A stretch of DNA of 64,000 nt, from the IMG/VR virus record IMGVR_UViG_3300028833_000010. The stretch is one strand, 5' to 3'. This document shows positions 10,385 to 19,985 of this stretch, one piece after another. The notes under the pieces were generated by a model. The model did not search any database. It was given only the letters and a program-made list of their open reading frames with translations, and had not been told where the DNA came from. A program made the position numbers and the translations under genes. The DNA comes from a virus. Each line of letters opens with the position of its first letter. The first letter of the stretch is position 1.

Positions 10385-10693
10385 ATGAGAACACAAGTAA
10401 GTGTAAAAACTATAACAGAAGTTGAGCAATCCAGTGGTTTGTTTATTATTGATTGTTTTTCGGATATGAACGACAATGGTTCAACAACTCCTTCTATATA
10501 TAAATCTCAAGTATTGGATAAACCTATGATTATTGACAATACTTCTGGGAAAGAAGGAGAGTTGATGTTATCTCATAGTGGTGAAACTGTTGGTAGTATA
10601 AACAATGATGGAGAATTGGTAATTGAACCTGAAGGGGACGATGCCAATAAGTATGTAAAAGAACAAGAAAACTTGACATATAATGAAGGATAA
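10385..10693 (+). CDS. Small baseplate-module protein
   Basis: 102-aa ORF starting 2 nt after the upstream stop. Confidence 0.35.
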   Translation: MRTQVSVKTITEVEQSSGLFIIDCFSDMNDNGSTTPSIYKSQVLDKPMIIDNTSGKEGELMLSHSGETVGSINNDGELVIEPEGDDANKYVKEQENLTYNEG

Positions 10694-12362
10694 TGTATTG
10701 AACGCAATTAGTGACGTACTGCTGATAGACGTTACACCTCAGATAACAGGAAGGGTTCATTTGACGGACTTTTCAGATGTTGTTGAAGGAGTAACCGCCA
10801 CACGCACTGTTCATAAAGAGTTCCGAATTTCACCAGATGGAGTTTTTTGGAACGATTGGAAAGACCTTACTCCAGTAAACCTTGCTTCTAAAGATTACAT
10901 TGTTGATAGTTCTTTAATAATTCAATTGAGATACACAAGAACTGGTTCTGATGATACTGGAGTTATTGAGTTCAAAAGTATAAACTTTATGGGCTCACGT
11001 GAGGCAATTCAATTTATCGCTCCTACTATTAATTCCAGCATTTTTGCCAACATAATCGGTACACCAGAGATGAAGGCTTTGGAAGAAAACATCTTCAAAA
11101 AGTTATATTATCGTGGCATTGTGCCTAACTATATTCGTAGAGCTGAAAACTCTGATGAGAATGAAGATAGGGACTATATTGATTTGTTCTTTTCAGTTGC
11201 TAGGTTTTACAGTATGTTCATTCGTTTTTTTAAGAGGTTTGAGAACTTTCAAAACGATTTTGACCTTATGCGAGAGCAGGTTAGGCAATATGGAATATAC
11301 TTCGATGAAGCAAACATTACTCTTGAAGACCTTCAATATTTGGCTCAAAATCTTTATGATCAAATACGACAAAGAGGAACTGAGATGATATTCAAGCGTA
11401 AAGGTTATTTGCTGCCAAACGGAAAAACTTTACAGATTGACGGAGAGTTTATCAGACTGATAAGAAGCAAGGTCAGTGATGAGCTTTTATACGAGAATAT
11501 CCCATTGGAAAAAGTAGGTTGGTGTTTAGGTCAATGTTCTCCGATGTATCGTGGTACAGCTATGTCTAAATATCTAAACAAAACAAAGGAAATGTCTGAA
11601 GATTTTGAAGACCTTTCTAATTTTGTTATGTCTAAAACTGGAACATCAAGTTATCAACTTATAGAATATGATGGCAAGAGAGTATTAGAATTGGAAGCAA
11701 GTGACGGAGGACGAGTTGGGTTGGGAAGACAAAATGAAAACACGAATGTTGATAACAACTTATATGTCGTTGATTCCAAACTTGATTATGAGATAACATT
11801 TGCTTTTCAAGTTGTAGGAGGAGTTAAACAAAATGCTACTTTGATATTTGGAGTAGAAGGATTTGATTCATTGAAAAATAAGTTAGATGATGCTTTTATA
11901 ACTCCGAATGGCTTTTCAGTTTCAGATACTTTCTTTGAGTTGGGAACTATTACAAAATTGAATTCTGTTTGGTATCATGTTAGAGGTATTATACACGCTT
12001 ATTCTACTTCAAACATTGACAATAGTCAAACTAATATTGGAGCTGGAACTAATTTGTATTTTTACAATTCTTTTGTGAAATACATATTGCCTAAAATACA
12101 AATAACAAGTTCAGTTCCTTCAGACATTGTAATATGGAATTATAAGATAAGGCCATTGGTAAGAGGAACGAACATACTACCTTTGAAAGATGGTACTATA
12201 AACTCTCAAAGTTTGGGCTTTATTCAAAGTTCACGCATTTTTTATGCTTATGTGAGAAACAATAACAATAGCTTGTCTCAAAGTGAAATTACAGATATTA
12301 TAGAAAAGTATCTGCTACCATTCAACATGACGGATATATTTATATTTATGAGTAATCATTAA
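10683..12362 (+). CDS. Baseplate/tail-fibre-module protein
   Basis: 559-aa ORF that overlaps the upstream gene by 11 nt. Confidence 0.4.
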   Translation: MKDNVLNAISDVLLIDVTPQITGRVHLTDFSDVVEGVTATRTVHKEFRISPDGVFWNDWKDLTPVNLASKDYIVDSSLIIQLRYTRTGSDDTGVIEFKSINFMGSREAIQFIAPTINSSIFANIIGTPEMKALEENIFKKLYYRGIVPNYIRRAENSDENEDRDYIDLFFSVARFYSMFIRFFKRFENFQNDFDLMREQVRQYGIYFDEANITLEDLQYLAQNLYDQIRQRGTEMIFKRKGYLLPNGKTLQIDGEFIRLIRSKVSDELLYENIPLEKVGWCLGQCSPMYRGTAMSKYLNKTKEMSEDFEDLSNFVMSKTGTSSYQLIEYDGKRVLELEASDGGRVGLGRQNENTNVDNNLYVVDSKLDYEITFAFQVVGGVKQNATLIFGVEGFDSLKNKLDDAFITPNGFSVSDTFFELGTITKLNSVWYHVRGIIHAYSTSNIDNSQTNIGAGTNLYFYNSFVKYILPKIQITSSVPSDIVIWNYKIRPLVRGTNILPLKDGTINSQSLGFIQSSRIFYAYVRNNNNSLSQSEITDIIEKYLLPFNMTDIFIFMSNH

Positions 12363-12375
12363 AACAATAGATAAT

Positions 12376-13827
12376 ATGTCGAGATTAAAATTCAGCGAAA
12401 ACTTATTTTTGGAGGTAAATGAACTCCAAAGGTTGGTTAAGTTTTTAGCCGATGACGGATATAAGTTGGCCATCAAGTCGCTTTCAAAATCATTCGGTAT
12501 TGTAGAAAATAATGGCAATACATATTTTAAAGTGACAAACAAAGCGGGCACATCTAATGTAGTTGTTATCAATCCAGGCATTGCGTTTGATAGCAATCTA
12601 AATGCCATTATAATGGAGAAGGCTTTGGAAATGCAAATTCTTAATACTGGCGTGAATCATTGGCTTGTTTTGTCTGGTAGCGTTAAGAACACTGAATCTG
12701 GTACTGTTACTATTAACACTGATGGTTCCTTATCAGGTATTGGAACAGAGTTTACAAAAGTTTTGCGTGGTCAACCTAACTTTCCAACCAAGGTAAAATT
12801 TGAATCAAATGTAAACACTGGCGAATATGAAGTTGTGAATGTAGTCTCTGATACGTCAGCTGTTATTTCAGGTTCCTTCGTAAACGAAAGTGAGCTTCAA
12901 TATTCTGTCATAGGAACGTTCACACCTGGATTTAGACCGCTTGAATCAAATAAGTTGATTTATGAATATGATTCATATAACATACGAATAGTGGATTCAG
13001 CAGACAAACCTTCTGTATCGGCTGATGAATTCATTATTGCCGGCATTTCTTTTGATGAAGTAGGAGGCATGAACATTTCAGATGAGCGTATATATTCTAT
13101 GTTTAACAATCCATATGTTCAACAAGGAGGTAGTTCTGAATCAGCTTACAAAAATCCATTAGCAAGTCTTTTAAGTGTAGCTGCTGTAGGAGGAGTAAAT
13201 GCTGTAAATGCAATATCAGTTGATTTAGAATTAATTGTTGAACATGGATACACGATAACGAAGTTTGAATTGGTAACAACTTCTACTTCTAACTCATTCA
13301 ATATCATTTCTGGGTCAAGCAATTATCTTGGTTCAGGAGCTATTCCTGACGGTTTGTTTAATAATTGGTTATTAGTGAATAGAACTAATATGAAATATGC
13401 TAAGATTGATAGTAATTCAAATAAATCTTTGTTTATTTCTAATCTTGACACTTCTATGATTTTGGACAATGATAATGATTTTATTGTTGTGCCTAATTTC
13501 TTGGAAATGGAATATGAAGTTAAATTATCGTCCAATGTAAATTTACCTTCCAAGCCTTTCTATTTTAGAGCTTCTATTTGGAATGTTGCAGAAAGGATGA
13601 AAGTTTATGCCTTCTTCCCTTCCGTTTCAGAAAGTTTTTCTGACGAGGTAACAATATCAATAGGTTATCGCATGTTGGATAATAGCGGTAAGCAATCACC
13701 ATTCGCTCCGCTTGCTATTGCTCAGTTTACGAATATCAATGGACAGCCTGAAACCTTATCGGGTAGTTCATTTGTTGTTAATCTTGCTGATATTGAGCCT
13801 CAAGCTAAACAACGCAATTACTCTTAA
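12376..13827 (+). CDS. Tail-fibre-module protein
   Basis: 483-aa ORF in the structural operon. Confidence 0.4.
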   Translation: MSRLKFSENLFLEVNELQRLVKFLADDGYKLAIKSLSKSFGIVENNGNTYFKVTNKAGTSNVVVINPGIAFDSNLNAIIMEKALEMQILNTGVNHWLVLSGSVKNTESGTVTINTDGSLSGIGTEFTKVLRGQPNFPTKVKFESNVNTGEYEVVNVVSDTSAVISGSFVNESELQYSVIGTFTPGFRPLESNKLIYEYDSYNIRIVDSADKPSVSADEFIIAGISFDEVGGMNISDERIYSMFNNPYVQQGGSSESAYKNPLASLLSVAAVGGVNAVNAISVDLELIVEHGYTITKFELVTTSTSNSFNIISGSSNYLGSGAIPDGLFNNWLLVNRTNMKYAKIDSNSNKSLFISNLDTSMILDNDNDFIVVPNFLEMEYEVKLSSNVNLPSKPFYFRASIWNVAERMKVYAFFPSVSESFSDEVTISIGYRMLDNSGKQSPFAPLAIAQFTNINGQPETLSGSSFVVNLADIEPQAKQRNYS

Positions 13828-13831
13828 AGTT

Positions 13832-14725
13832 ATGATGATATATTTGACGGGGGCAGCGACCTCATTAACAAAAACGCAAGACAATCCTCAATCAGATGCA
13901 TCAAGGAGCTTGGGTGGATACATTTCTTCCACCCCAGTTCCTAATGCAGCGTTGAATACGTTGTTTGACCTTATTTCTTCTTACACTTTAGAGAAGAAGT
14001 CAAAGGAAACAATAGCAATAGGACTTATAAATCAATTTGATAAACCAGTGAGGGATATTGAGTTGAAAATAGTAACAGACGAAAATCACGAAGCTGTTTT
14101 CAAAATAGCAGCCGTAGCAGTAAGTTCTGATGATTATGCTATGGAAAAGATAGCTAATAGATATCAAGAGCCTATGTTGGCGGAGTTTTATGATGCTTCT
14201 TTTTATCGAGCTGCCGTTGATTTGAAAATCGAACAATACGCTTCAGCAGGAGAGGAAATTGCTTTGTTCCCCTTTAATGTATCTTTTGAGGTAAAGGAAA
14301 CAGGAATTGAAGGCACTTGGTTAGCCTTTGAGGAGGCATTTAGCAATGATGAAACTTATAGTGTGAAGAGAATATCTGAAACGATATTCAGGATTGAGAG
14401 ACGTGACGAAACAGTGCTGGAAACTCCATTAGAATGCTCCTACATTACCACCGAAGGTTTTACGGCTGAATTTTTAGGCAAATTAAGTAATAAAGCTGAT
14501 AATGGAGTAATCATCAAAAATGAATTAAAACCGAAGGAAGCTGTAGGAATATGGATCCAAAGAATAATAAAGAAAAATCATTATCCTACCAACGAAGAGT
14601 TGTTGAAAGAATACAAAGACAAATATGTTCGTGAGACTGTAGAGGAGGTTGAGTTGGTTCTCAGTTATAATTTAGTTGATGATAAGAACTATCAAGAAAC
14701 TGATTACAATGAAAATTATTCGTAA
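13832..14725 (+). CDS. Tail-fibre-module protein
   Basis: I placed the start at ATG 13832, just after the upstream stop at 13827. The track's start at 13712 would overlap the upstream gene by 116 nt. Confidence 0.4.
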   Translation: MMIYLTGAATSLTKTQDNPQSDASRSLGGYISSTPVPNAALNTLFDLISSYTLEKKSKETIAIGLINQFDKPVRDIELKIVTDENHEAVFKIAAVAVSSDDYAMEKIANRYQEPMLAEFYDASFYRAAVDLKIEQYASAGEEIALFPFNVSFEVKETGIEGTWLAFEEAFSNDETYSVKRISETIFRIERRDETVLETPLECSYITTEGFTAEFLGKLSNKADNGVIIKNELKPKEAVGIWIQRIIKKNHYPTNEELLKEYKDKYVRETVEEVELVLSYNLVDDKNYQETDYNENYS

Positions 14726-14743
14726 CTTTTTATAATTTACAAT

Positions 14744-17236
14744 ATGGCAGGATATAATGACACTTATCAGATGATTATTTCTACTTTAATGGGGAGACCT
14801 GTTGGAACTGAAATTCAGCCTGATAATCAGCAAGCATATGAAATAAATATGCTTAATTATATTAGGAGTTTAGAGCTTCTTGCTAATGGACCATTGATTG
14901 GAATTGCTGAACCTGATACTCAGCCAATACAACCAGATGACGCAAAAGCTTGTTACATAGCAGGTGTTGCTCAAGACAGAACTGTTACGTTCCAAAATTT
15001 TCGAGATTATTTGGGTCAACCGATTCAGATAACAAACGGGCAAATGGAAGCGTGTTTGGTTATCTTTATTTGGGATACACAATGTTGGTCAGCTACCCAA
15101 ATTCCTACAAACATAATTAGTGCATCAGAACAAGCTAACTTCTATTACAGTTATAACATTCGCAAGACGTACCCATCAGTTGAGGCAATGAATGCTGATT
15201 CTGACAATCCTATTGGAACAAATGGTAAATACATACAAGTAGGCGATATAGTATCTGTTGTAAATACAACTAATTCAGGTGAAAACGGAATTTACAGTTA
15301 CACTGGTTCTGGTTGGCAATTACAAAGTTCATATAATTTCAACATACTTCAATCTACTGGTAATAGCATAAATGATACAATGTCTCAACAAGCCATTACG
15401 GAGGCGGTAGAGGCAGTGGAGGAAAAGGCCAGATTGGTAGTTGGAAAACGCACACAAAATCTGTTTGACGCTCAGCAGAGTAAGATTGGCGATTTATATT
15501 ATAAGTCAGGCAAGGAGTTTACGAGCAACATACAGGCGAGAACATTCGCCTTTCAGCATTCGGTTGTTGCTGGTAAATACTACTATGCCTATTCGGCTTG
15601 TTCTCCACATGACGAGACAGATGATTTTAGGTTTCAGTTCGCTGTCGCAAGCGCTATACCCACCGTAGGTGGGCATTACGATTATGCCTTCTCAGGCTCA
15701 ATAAGCGATACCTATGTACGAGCTGGAGGTCTAGCATCTGGAAATGCGTCTTATTTAGTGCTTACGCTATATGTACAGGCTGGCGTTCCAGGGCAGGGTG
15801 TAGACACTGCTAAGGTAGACAGAGTAGTCAAGAGCGTGCTTGACACTCTTATAATTGTAGAATCAGATACGGCTATGTCGTACCCGATAGGCTATGTCCC
15901 TTATGAGGTGCTTAGCATTACGGAAACAAATCTTAGCAACTCTATAAACGAGAAACTTAATTCAATACCCGAATCAGCAGAAGATTTAGGTGCTGTCTCC
16001 TTAAATCAAGGCTCAGTCCATGCAGGTTTGTACTTAAAGGTTGGTGCTGACGGACTTGTAACTTTAGGGGAAGGCAGCGGTGGCGGTGGTAGTCTTCCGT
16101 CTGATGTAGTTGCCCGAAAAGACTCTGTGTCTTTTCATATCGGAGAGAGCATTCTGACAGAGGCATCGGTTCAATTAGGGAATGGCTGGTCTGGAACGCT
16201 TGCAGGTGGTTTTGCGCATTCCGGAAGTAGTACTGAGTCACTTACCTTTAATGTTAACACAATAAGCGGTAAGCCCTATTTAGTGCTTATAAATGCGACG
16301 GGTGTCACGGAGGGTAGCCTATACGTTAAGATAGGCAATAGTCCTGTCGTTGACACATACAATGGTAGCAGTAGTATAGTCATAGGCTTTATCACTGATG
16401 GAGGTACGTTAAGTGTTATTCCTACAACATCTAATTCGATAAATATAAGCAGTATTAGGTTGTGCGAAGTTACTGAGAGCGGAGAAGAGATAGCTCTTGC
16501 CCTTTACAATGTAACAGCTGGACAGACGCTCGATAACCTAACTGGGTTTTGGAATGTCGCAATCAGCTCTGATGCTTTAGCAAGCAATCAGAATGGTTCA
16601 CGCAATGTGGCAATAGGCAGGATGGCGATGAATGCACTCATTAGCGGAACACGCAATGTGGCAGTAGGTTCGTTTTCGATGCCATTCATAACTGAAGGCG
16701 ACAGAAATATAGCAATTGGCTCCGATACTATTTATTCAACGTCCTCAACTGGTCGGAAAAAGGCTACTGACAATGTGGCGATAGGGAAAGGAGTGCTAAA
16801 AGCAGGTTCTGACATAAAGAACAACGTTGCAATCGGAAGTGGGGCAATGGGTAGTTCAACCGACACTTCAAACGGCAACGTAGCGGTTGGAAGACAAGCA
16901 GGCAATTATGCGTCTACTTATAACACGCACATAGGGTATCGTGCCGGGTATTACACAAAGGGTAATCAGAACGTTTCCCTGGGCGCTTCTGCCTATTCTG
17001 ACTCAAACAACTCTGGCAGTGGTAATATCTGCATCGGCTATAATGCAGGAACTAAAGACCCAGCATCATCTTCGAGCAACCCTGTAACCATTGATGACTC
17101 GATAGCGATTGGCAGAAATGTGAAGGCTACTAAGTCAAAACAGGCAGTTATTGGAGTAGCTGATAGCGAAATTGTCTTGGGAGGGCGAAAGCTGATATTT
17201 AATCAAGATGGAACGGTCAGTTGGGAAACGTTATAG
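14744..17236 (+). CDS. Long tail fibre / receptor-binding protein with YadA/Hep_Hag-like NVAIG repeats in the C-terminal third
   Basis: 830 aa. Repeated motifs: RNVAIGRMA, RNVAVGSFS, RNIAIGSDT, DNVAIGKGV, NNVAIGSGA, GNVAVGRQA, NICIGYNA, DSIAIGRNV. It is the last gene of the structural module. Confidence 0.6.
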   Translation: MAGYNDTYQMIISTLMGRPVGTEIQPDNQQAYEINMLNYIRSLELLANGPLIGIAEPDTQPIQPDDAKACYIAGVAQDRTVTFQNFRDYLGQPIQITNGQMEACLVIFIWDTQCWSATQIPTNIISASEQANFYYSYNIRKTYPSVEAMNADSDNPIGTNGKYIQVGDIVSVVNTTNSGENGIYSYTGSGWQLQSSYNFNILQSTGNSINDTMSQQAITEAVEAVEEKARLVVGKRTQNLFDAQQSKIGDLYYKSGKEFTSNIQARTFAFQHSVVAGKYYYAYSACSPHDETDDFRFQFAVASAIPTVGGHYDYAFSGSISDTYVRAGGLASGNASYLVLTLYVQAGVPGQGVDTAKVDRVVKSVLDTLIIVESDTAMSYPIGYVPYEVLSITETNLSNSINEKLNSIPESAEDLGAVSLNQGSVHAGLYLKVGADGLVTLGEGSGGGGSLPSDVVARKDSVSFHIGESILTEASVQLGNGWSGTLAGGFAHSGSSTESLTFNVNTISGKPYLVLINATGVTEGSLYVKIGNSPVVDTYNGSSSIVIGFITDGGTLSVIPTTSNSINISSIRLCEVTESGEEIALALYNVTAGQTLDNLTGFWNVAISSDALASNQNGSRNVAIGRMAMNALISGTRNVAVGSFSMPFITEGDRNIAIGSDTIYSTSSTGRKKATDNVAIGKGVLKAGSDIKNNVAIGSGAMGSSTDTSNGNVAVGRQAGNYASTYNTHIGYRAGYYTKGNQNVSLGASAYSDSNNSGSGNICIGYNAGTKDPASSSSNPVTIDDSIAIGRNVKATKSKQAVIGVADSEIVLGGRKLIFNQDGTVSWETL

Positions 17237-17332
17237 CAACCTTTCGTTTCTTTAACATAAACCGCATCAGGTGCTGATTTAATCTGATACAAAATGAAGA
17301 TTGTAACAGAATAATAAAAATAACTTTAAGAA

Positions 17333-17369
17333 AGGAGCATAAATAAACGTCTATGCTCCTTTTTTTTTC
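17333..17369 (+). terminator. Intrinsic terminator closing the structural module
   Basis: AGGAGCAT (17333-17340) pairs with ATGCTCCT (17353-17360) and is followed by a T9 tract. Confidence 0.75.
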
Positions 17370-17538
17370 TTTTTGTATTCGATGTCATATGAGTATATGT
17401 AGCGAGATATTATAGAAAAGATTATAAGTCACGAGCAGGCATGTAAATCATTTCTATGATTAACGATTTATCAAAGTTATACCGAAAGAGTGTGAACGTA
17501 TTGACCAGTAACACCAAAATAGGCAGCTCTGTCCTTGT

Positions 17539-17654
17539 GATTGAGGGGTAACTTCTGACAACTGCCGACTATCATACCCAAGTAATTTGTAACAGATGTT
17601 TAACAAGGGGGATTGAGGGGGTAACATTCTCTATATCCTAACACCCCAAGTAAT
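17539..17654 (+). promoter_or_regulatory. Two tandem GATTGAGGGG(G)TAAC ... CCC(C)AAGTAAT units (potential hairpins) immediately upstream of the first replication-module gene
   Basis: Unit 1 is 17539-17586 and unit 2 is 17611-17654, a period of about 72 nt. In each unit TTG(A)GGGG can pair with CCCCAA. Confidence 0.45.
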
Positions 17655-17663
17655 AATGATAAC

Positions 17664-17960
17664 ATGGAATCAAAGAAAACAGTTTGGAGCATCTTCCGAG
17701 ATTATGTCAATAGCAAACCTATTGGAACGGAAATAACTAGACAACAGGTTTTGTCCGTTATTAAAGATTACAGATTAGCAAGATTTTCAGACGTTACTGT
17801 TGATTGTAATCGCAACATGAGTGAGAAGGTAGGATATTTAGCTAAGACAAGCAAGTTAGGCATATATAGAGTAGTAAAACACTTTGCTGCTGATTATACG
17901 GCTGGACAGCTCAGAAAAGACTACGACAATGGCAATAGAAATAATAGTAACAAGAATTAA
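17664..17960 (+). CDS. Hypothetical protein, first gene of the replication module
   Basis: 98-aa ORF with an ATG start. Confidence 0.4.
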   Translation: MESKKTVWSIFRDYVNSKPIGTEITRQQVLSVIKDYRLARFSDVTVDCNRNMSEKVGYLAKTSKLGIYRVVKHFAADYTAGQLRKDYDNGNRNNSNKN

Positions 17961-19437
17961 CAATTTTGAATATTCATTTAAGCTATCAAGCAAAAATGGA
18001 ATAAGGCATGTTGCAAAAGCATTGACTTTTCGCAACCCTGACCCTTTTGCCTATTCGTCAAAAATAGAGAAATTTGACAAAAAGAAGTTTACTTTCAAAA
18101 TAGGCATGTTGCCTACGTTGGAAAAGTATATCCGAGTTAACAACCTTTCATATCAGATTTCAGACTATGATTTCAACCTTCCAGAGGGTGTGGAGATAGA
18201 TAATAGAATGACGGGGAAGTACATTCACCAACGTAAGGCAGTTGAAGCTTTTTATAAAAAGAGATTTGGAATCATAGTCGTACCGACCAGGGGAGGAAAA
18301 ACATTTATTGCTTCTGAGATATTGCGTATTTTCTTGAATAGCGATGATGGTAACTTCTTATTTCTTACTGATAACACAACCTTGTTTAATCAGGCTGTTA
18401 ATGATATTAAGGAGTATTTTCAGCCGTATGGCGGTGTAGAGGTAGGAGAAATCAAAGCAGGCAAGATTGACGTTGGCAAGCGTGTAACTGTAGGAATGAT
18501 ACAAACCATACAATCTACGTTCTCTGCCAGATGTAAAGACAAAGTCAAGAAAAAAGAGCTTGATAAGTATTTCAAAACATTGAAGTTTCTTTGTATTGAC
18601 GAGATACACGATAATTGTTCTGATGCTAAGCTCAAGACATATAAGAAAGCTAAGCAATTGGAATATCAACTCTGTCTTTCAGCAACTCCGTATCGAACAG
18701 GTGCATTGGTTCAGAATTTGAAGCTCAAAGAATGGAGTGGTGACGTTGTTTATACAATAACCGAGAAGAGGTTGAGAGAAAGGAAGGTGTTGTCAGACTA
18801 TCGTGTGTTTATGCTACTTATTGACCATAATGATATTGAGTATGATATTGAAGCGGATGATTATAACAGTTGTCGAAGAGAGTTGATATTTGAGTCAAAA
18901 CTTCGTAACAAGATACTGATGCAGGTTATCGGAATACTACGAGAGTTGAATCTAAAAACGCTTGTGTTATTCCAAAGCGTAGAGCATGGACGCAGGGTGG
19001 AAAGTCTTTCGGGAATACCTTTTATCAGCGGAGAGAATGACAGCGAAGAGCGTGAGCGAGCAAAAGAAGAGTTCTTGGAGGGTGAAGGCGGTTTTCTTTT
19101 GGCGTCAAATATCTTCAAGAAAGGTGTTACACTTCCTCAAGTTGAAGTCATGATAAACGTTGACGGAGGATTGGAAGATGCTAACACTATTCAAAAGAAA
19201 GGACGTGTATTGGGAGCCACGAAAACCAAGAGCCGAAGTCTGATAATTGACTTCTTTGATTTGTATGACGCTTATTTTTCCGAACACTCTGAAACAAGGT
19301 TAAATACTTATATTGGAGCTATCGGTGAGAAGCGAGTAGGCATATTGGATACTTCAATTGATGATTGGAAAGAAACTATTAAAAGATGGACAATAAAGTG
19401 GTTCGCCGCAGACAAAGGCTATTCAGATGTGCAGTAG
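17929..19437 (+). CDS. Superfamily-2 DEAD/DEAH-type DNA helicase (UvsW / type III res-subunit-like)
   Basis: Motif I VVPTRGGKTFIA, motif II CIDEIHD, motif III SATP, motif VI QKKGRVLG. I placed the start at ATG 17929. Confidence 0.7.
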   Translation: MAIEIIVTRINNFEYSFKLSSKNGIRHVAKALTFRNPDPFAYSSKIEKFDKKKFTFKIGMLPTLEKYIRVNNLSYQISDYDFNLPEGVEIDNRMTGKYIHQRKAVEAFYKKRFGIIVVPTRGGKTFIASEILRIFLNSDDGNFLFLTDNTTLFNQAVNDIKEYFQPYGGVEVGEIKAGKIDVGKRVTVGMIQTIQSTFSARCKDKVKKKELDKYFKTLKFLCIDEIHDNCSDAKLKTYKKAKQLEYQLCLSATPYRTGALVQNLKLKEWSGDVVYTITEKRLRERKVLSDYRVFMLLIDHNDIEYDIEADDYNSCRRELIFESKLRNKILMQVIGILRELNLKTLVLFQSVEHGRRVESLSGIPFISGENDSEERERAKEEFLEGEGGFLLASNIFKKGVTLPQVEVMINVDGGLEDANTIQKKGRVLGATKTKSRSLIIDFFDLYDAYFSEHSETRLNTYIGAIGEKRVGILDTSIDDWKETIKRWTIKWFAADKGYSDVQ

Positions 19438-19985
19438 ATACTTTTGTAGAGCTATTGGAACAAGTTACAAAACGAAAAGTTAATTACAAATGTAACAACT
19501 CTGATACGGCTTGTTGGAATAACTTTATGGATACCTTCTCTGACCTTATCGGAGAAGAGTTTGTGAGGAAGTTTTGCGAATATGGTATTCAATCTTGGTT
19601 TAATTCAGGAGCAAAGAAGGACTACTCACGAGAAATAAGGTTCAATTGGGTGTTCGGAAAAACTGCCATAGCAAGGTGGAAAAAGTACGACATAGACACT
19701 AATGTATATATTACAAGAATTGGGTTGAAGAAAGACCATAAAATCAATGTAATAAAGAAGAAAACAGAAATACCAGCGTTAATATCTATTATCAGACCTG
19801 CGGAGGAGAAATTCAAAGCAGACTATCATAATACCAACAGAGGATTTTTGTGGTGCATAGCAAATACAACTTTGTATTTTCACAAAAGTTCTAAATGTGC
19901 AACTTGTAAATTCAAATGTGAATGTAAGGAACTTCTGAAATCAGAATATCCGAAAATATATGTAAAAAGAGGTTATGGCGAATAG
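19386..19985 (+). CDS. Hypothetical Cys-rich protein between the two helicases
   Basis: 199-aa ORF with a C-terminal CATCKFKCEC cluster. The start is uncertain because ATG 19386 overlaps the helicase by 52 nt. Confidence 0.35.
   Translation: MDNKVVRRRQRLFRCAVDTFVELLEQVTKRKVNYKCNNSDTACWNNFMDTFSDLIGEEFVRKFCEYGIQSWFNSGAKKDYSREIRFNWVFGKTAIARWKKYDIDTNVYITRIGLKKDHKINVIKKKTEIPALISIIRPAEEKFKADYHNTNRGFLWCIANTTLYFHKSSKCATCKFKCECKELLKSEYPKIYVKRGYGE

Noticed and set aside
11113-11388. Nested + strand ORFs in alternative frames: 11113..11388, 15441..15668, 20315..20521, 21110..21307, 22092..22280, 23783..24007, 30010..30213, 44902..45156, 50363..50548, 55137..55319, 60479..60706 and 62527..62739.
   Set aside because: All are short, lie completely inside longer ORFs with better coding features, and have odd compositions typical of out-of-frame translation.
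13712-13831. N-terminal extensions offered by the ORF track via TTG/GTG or far-upstream ATG starts: 13712, 4606, 17884, 32611, 37264, 37631, 38612, 40315, 51530, 53823, 56489 and 59932.
   Set aside because: These extensions overlap the upstream gene by tens of nucleotides or run through terminators and promoters. For example, 40315 starts inside a terminator hairpin and 51530 starts inside the intergenic repeat region. An in-frame ATG just after the upstream stop gives a more parsimonious start.
17605-17625. G-runs at 17605-17625 and 51425-51446 considered as G-quadruplex-forming sequences.
   Set aside because: Each locus has only two G-tracts of 5-6 residues on the same strand, and an intramolecular G4 needs four. 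A protein-binding repeat or hairpin arm is more plausible.
14744-17663. Diversity-generating retroelement targeting the tail fibre C-terminus.
   Set aside because: No reverse transcriptase ORF was seen. I also saw no template-repeat copy of the fibre 3' end in the adjacent non-coding region or anywhere else in the window.
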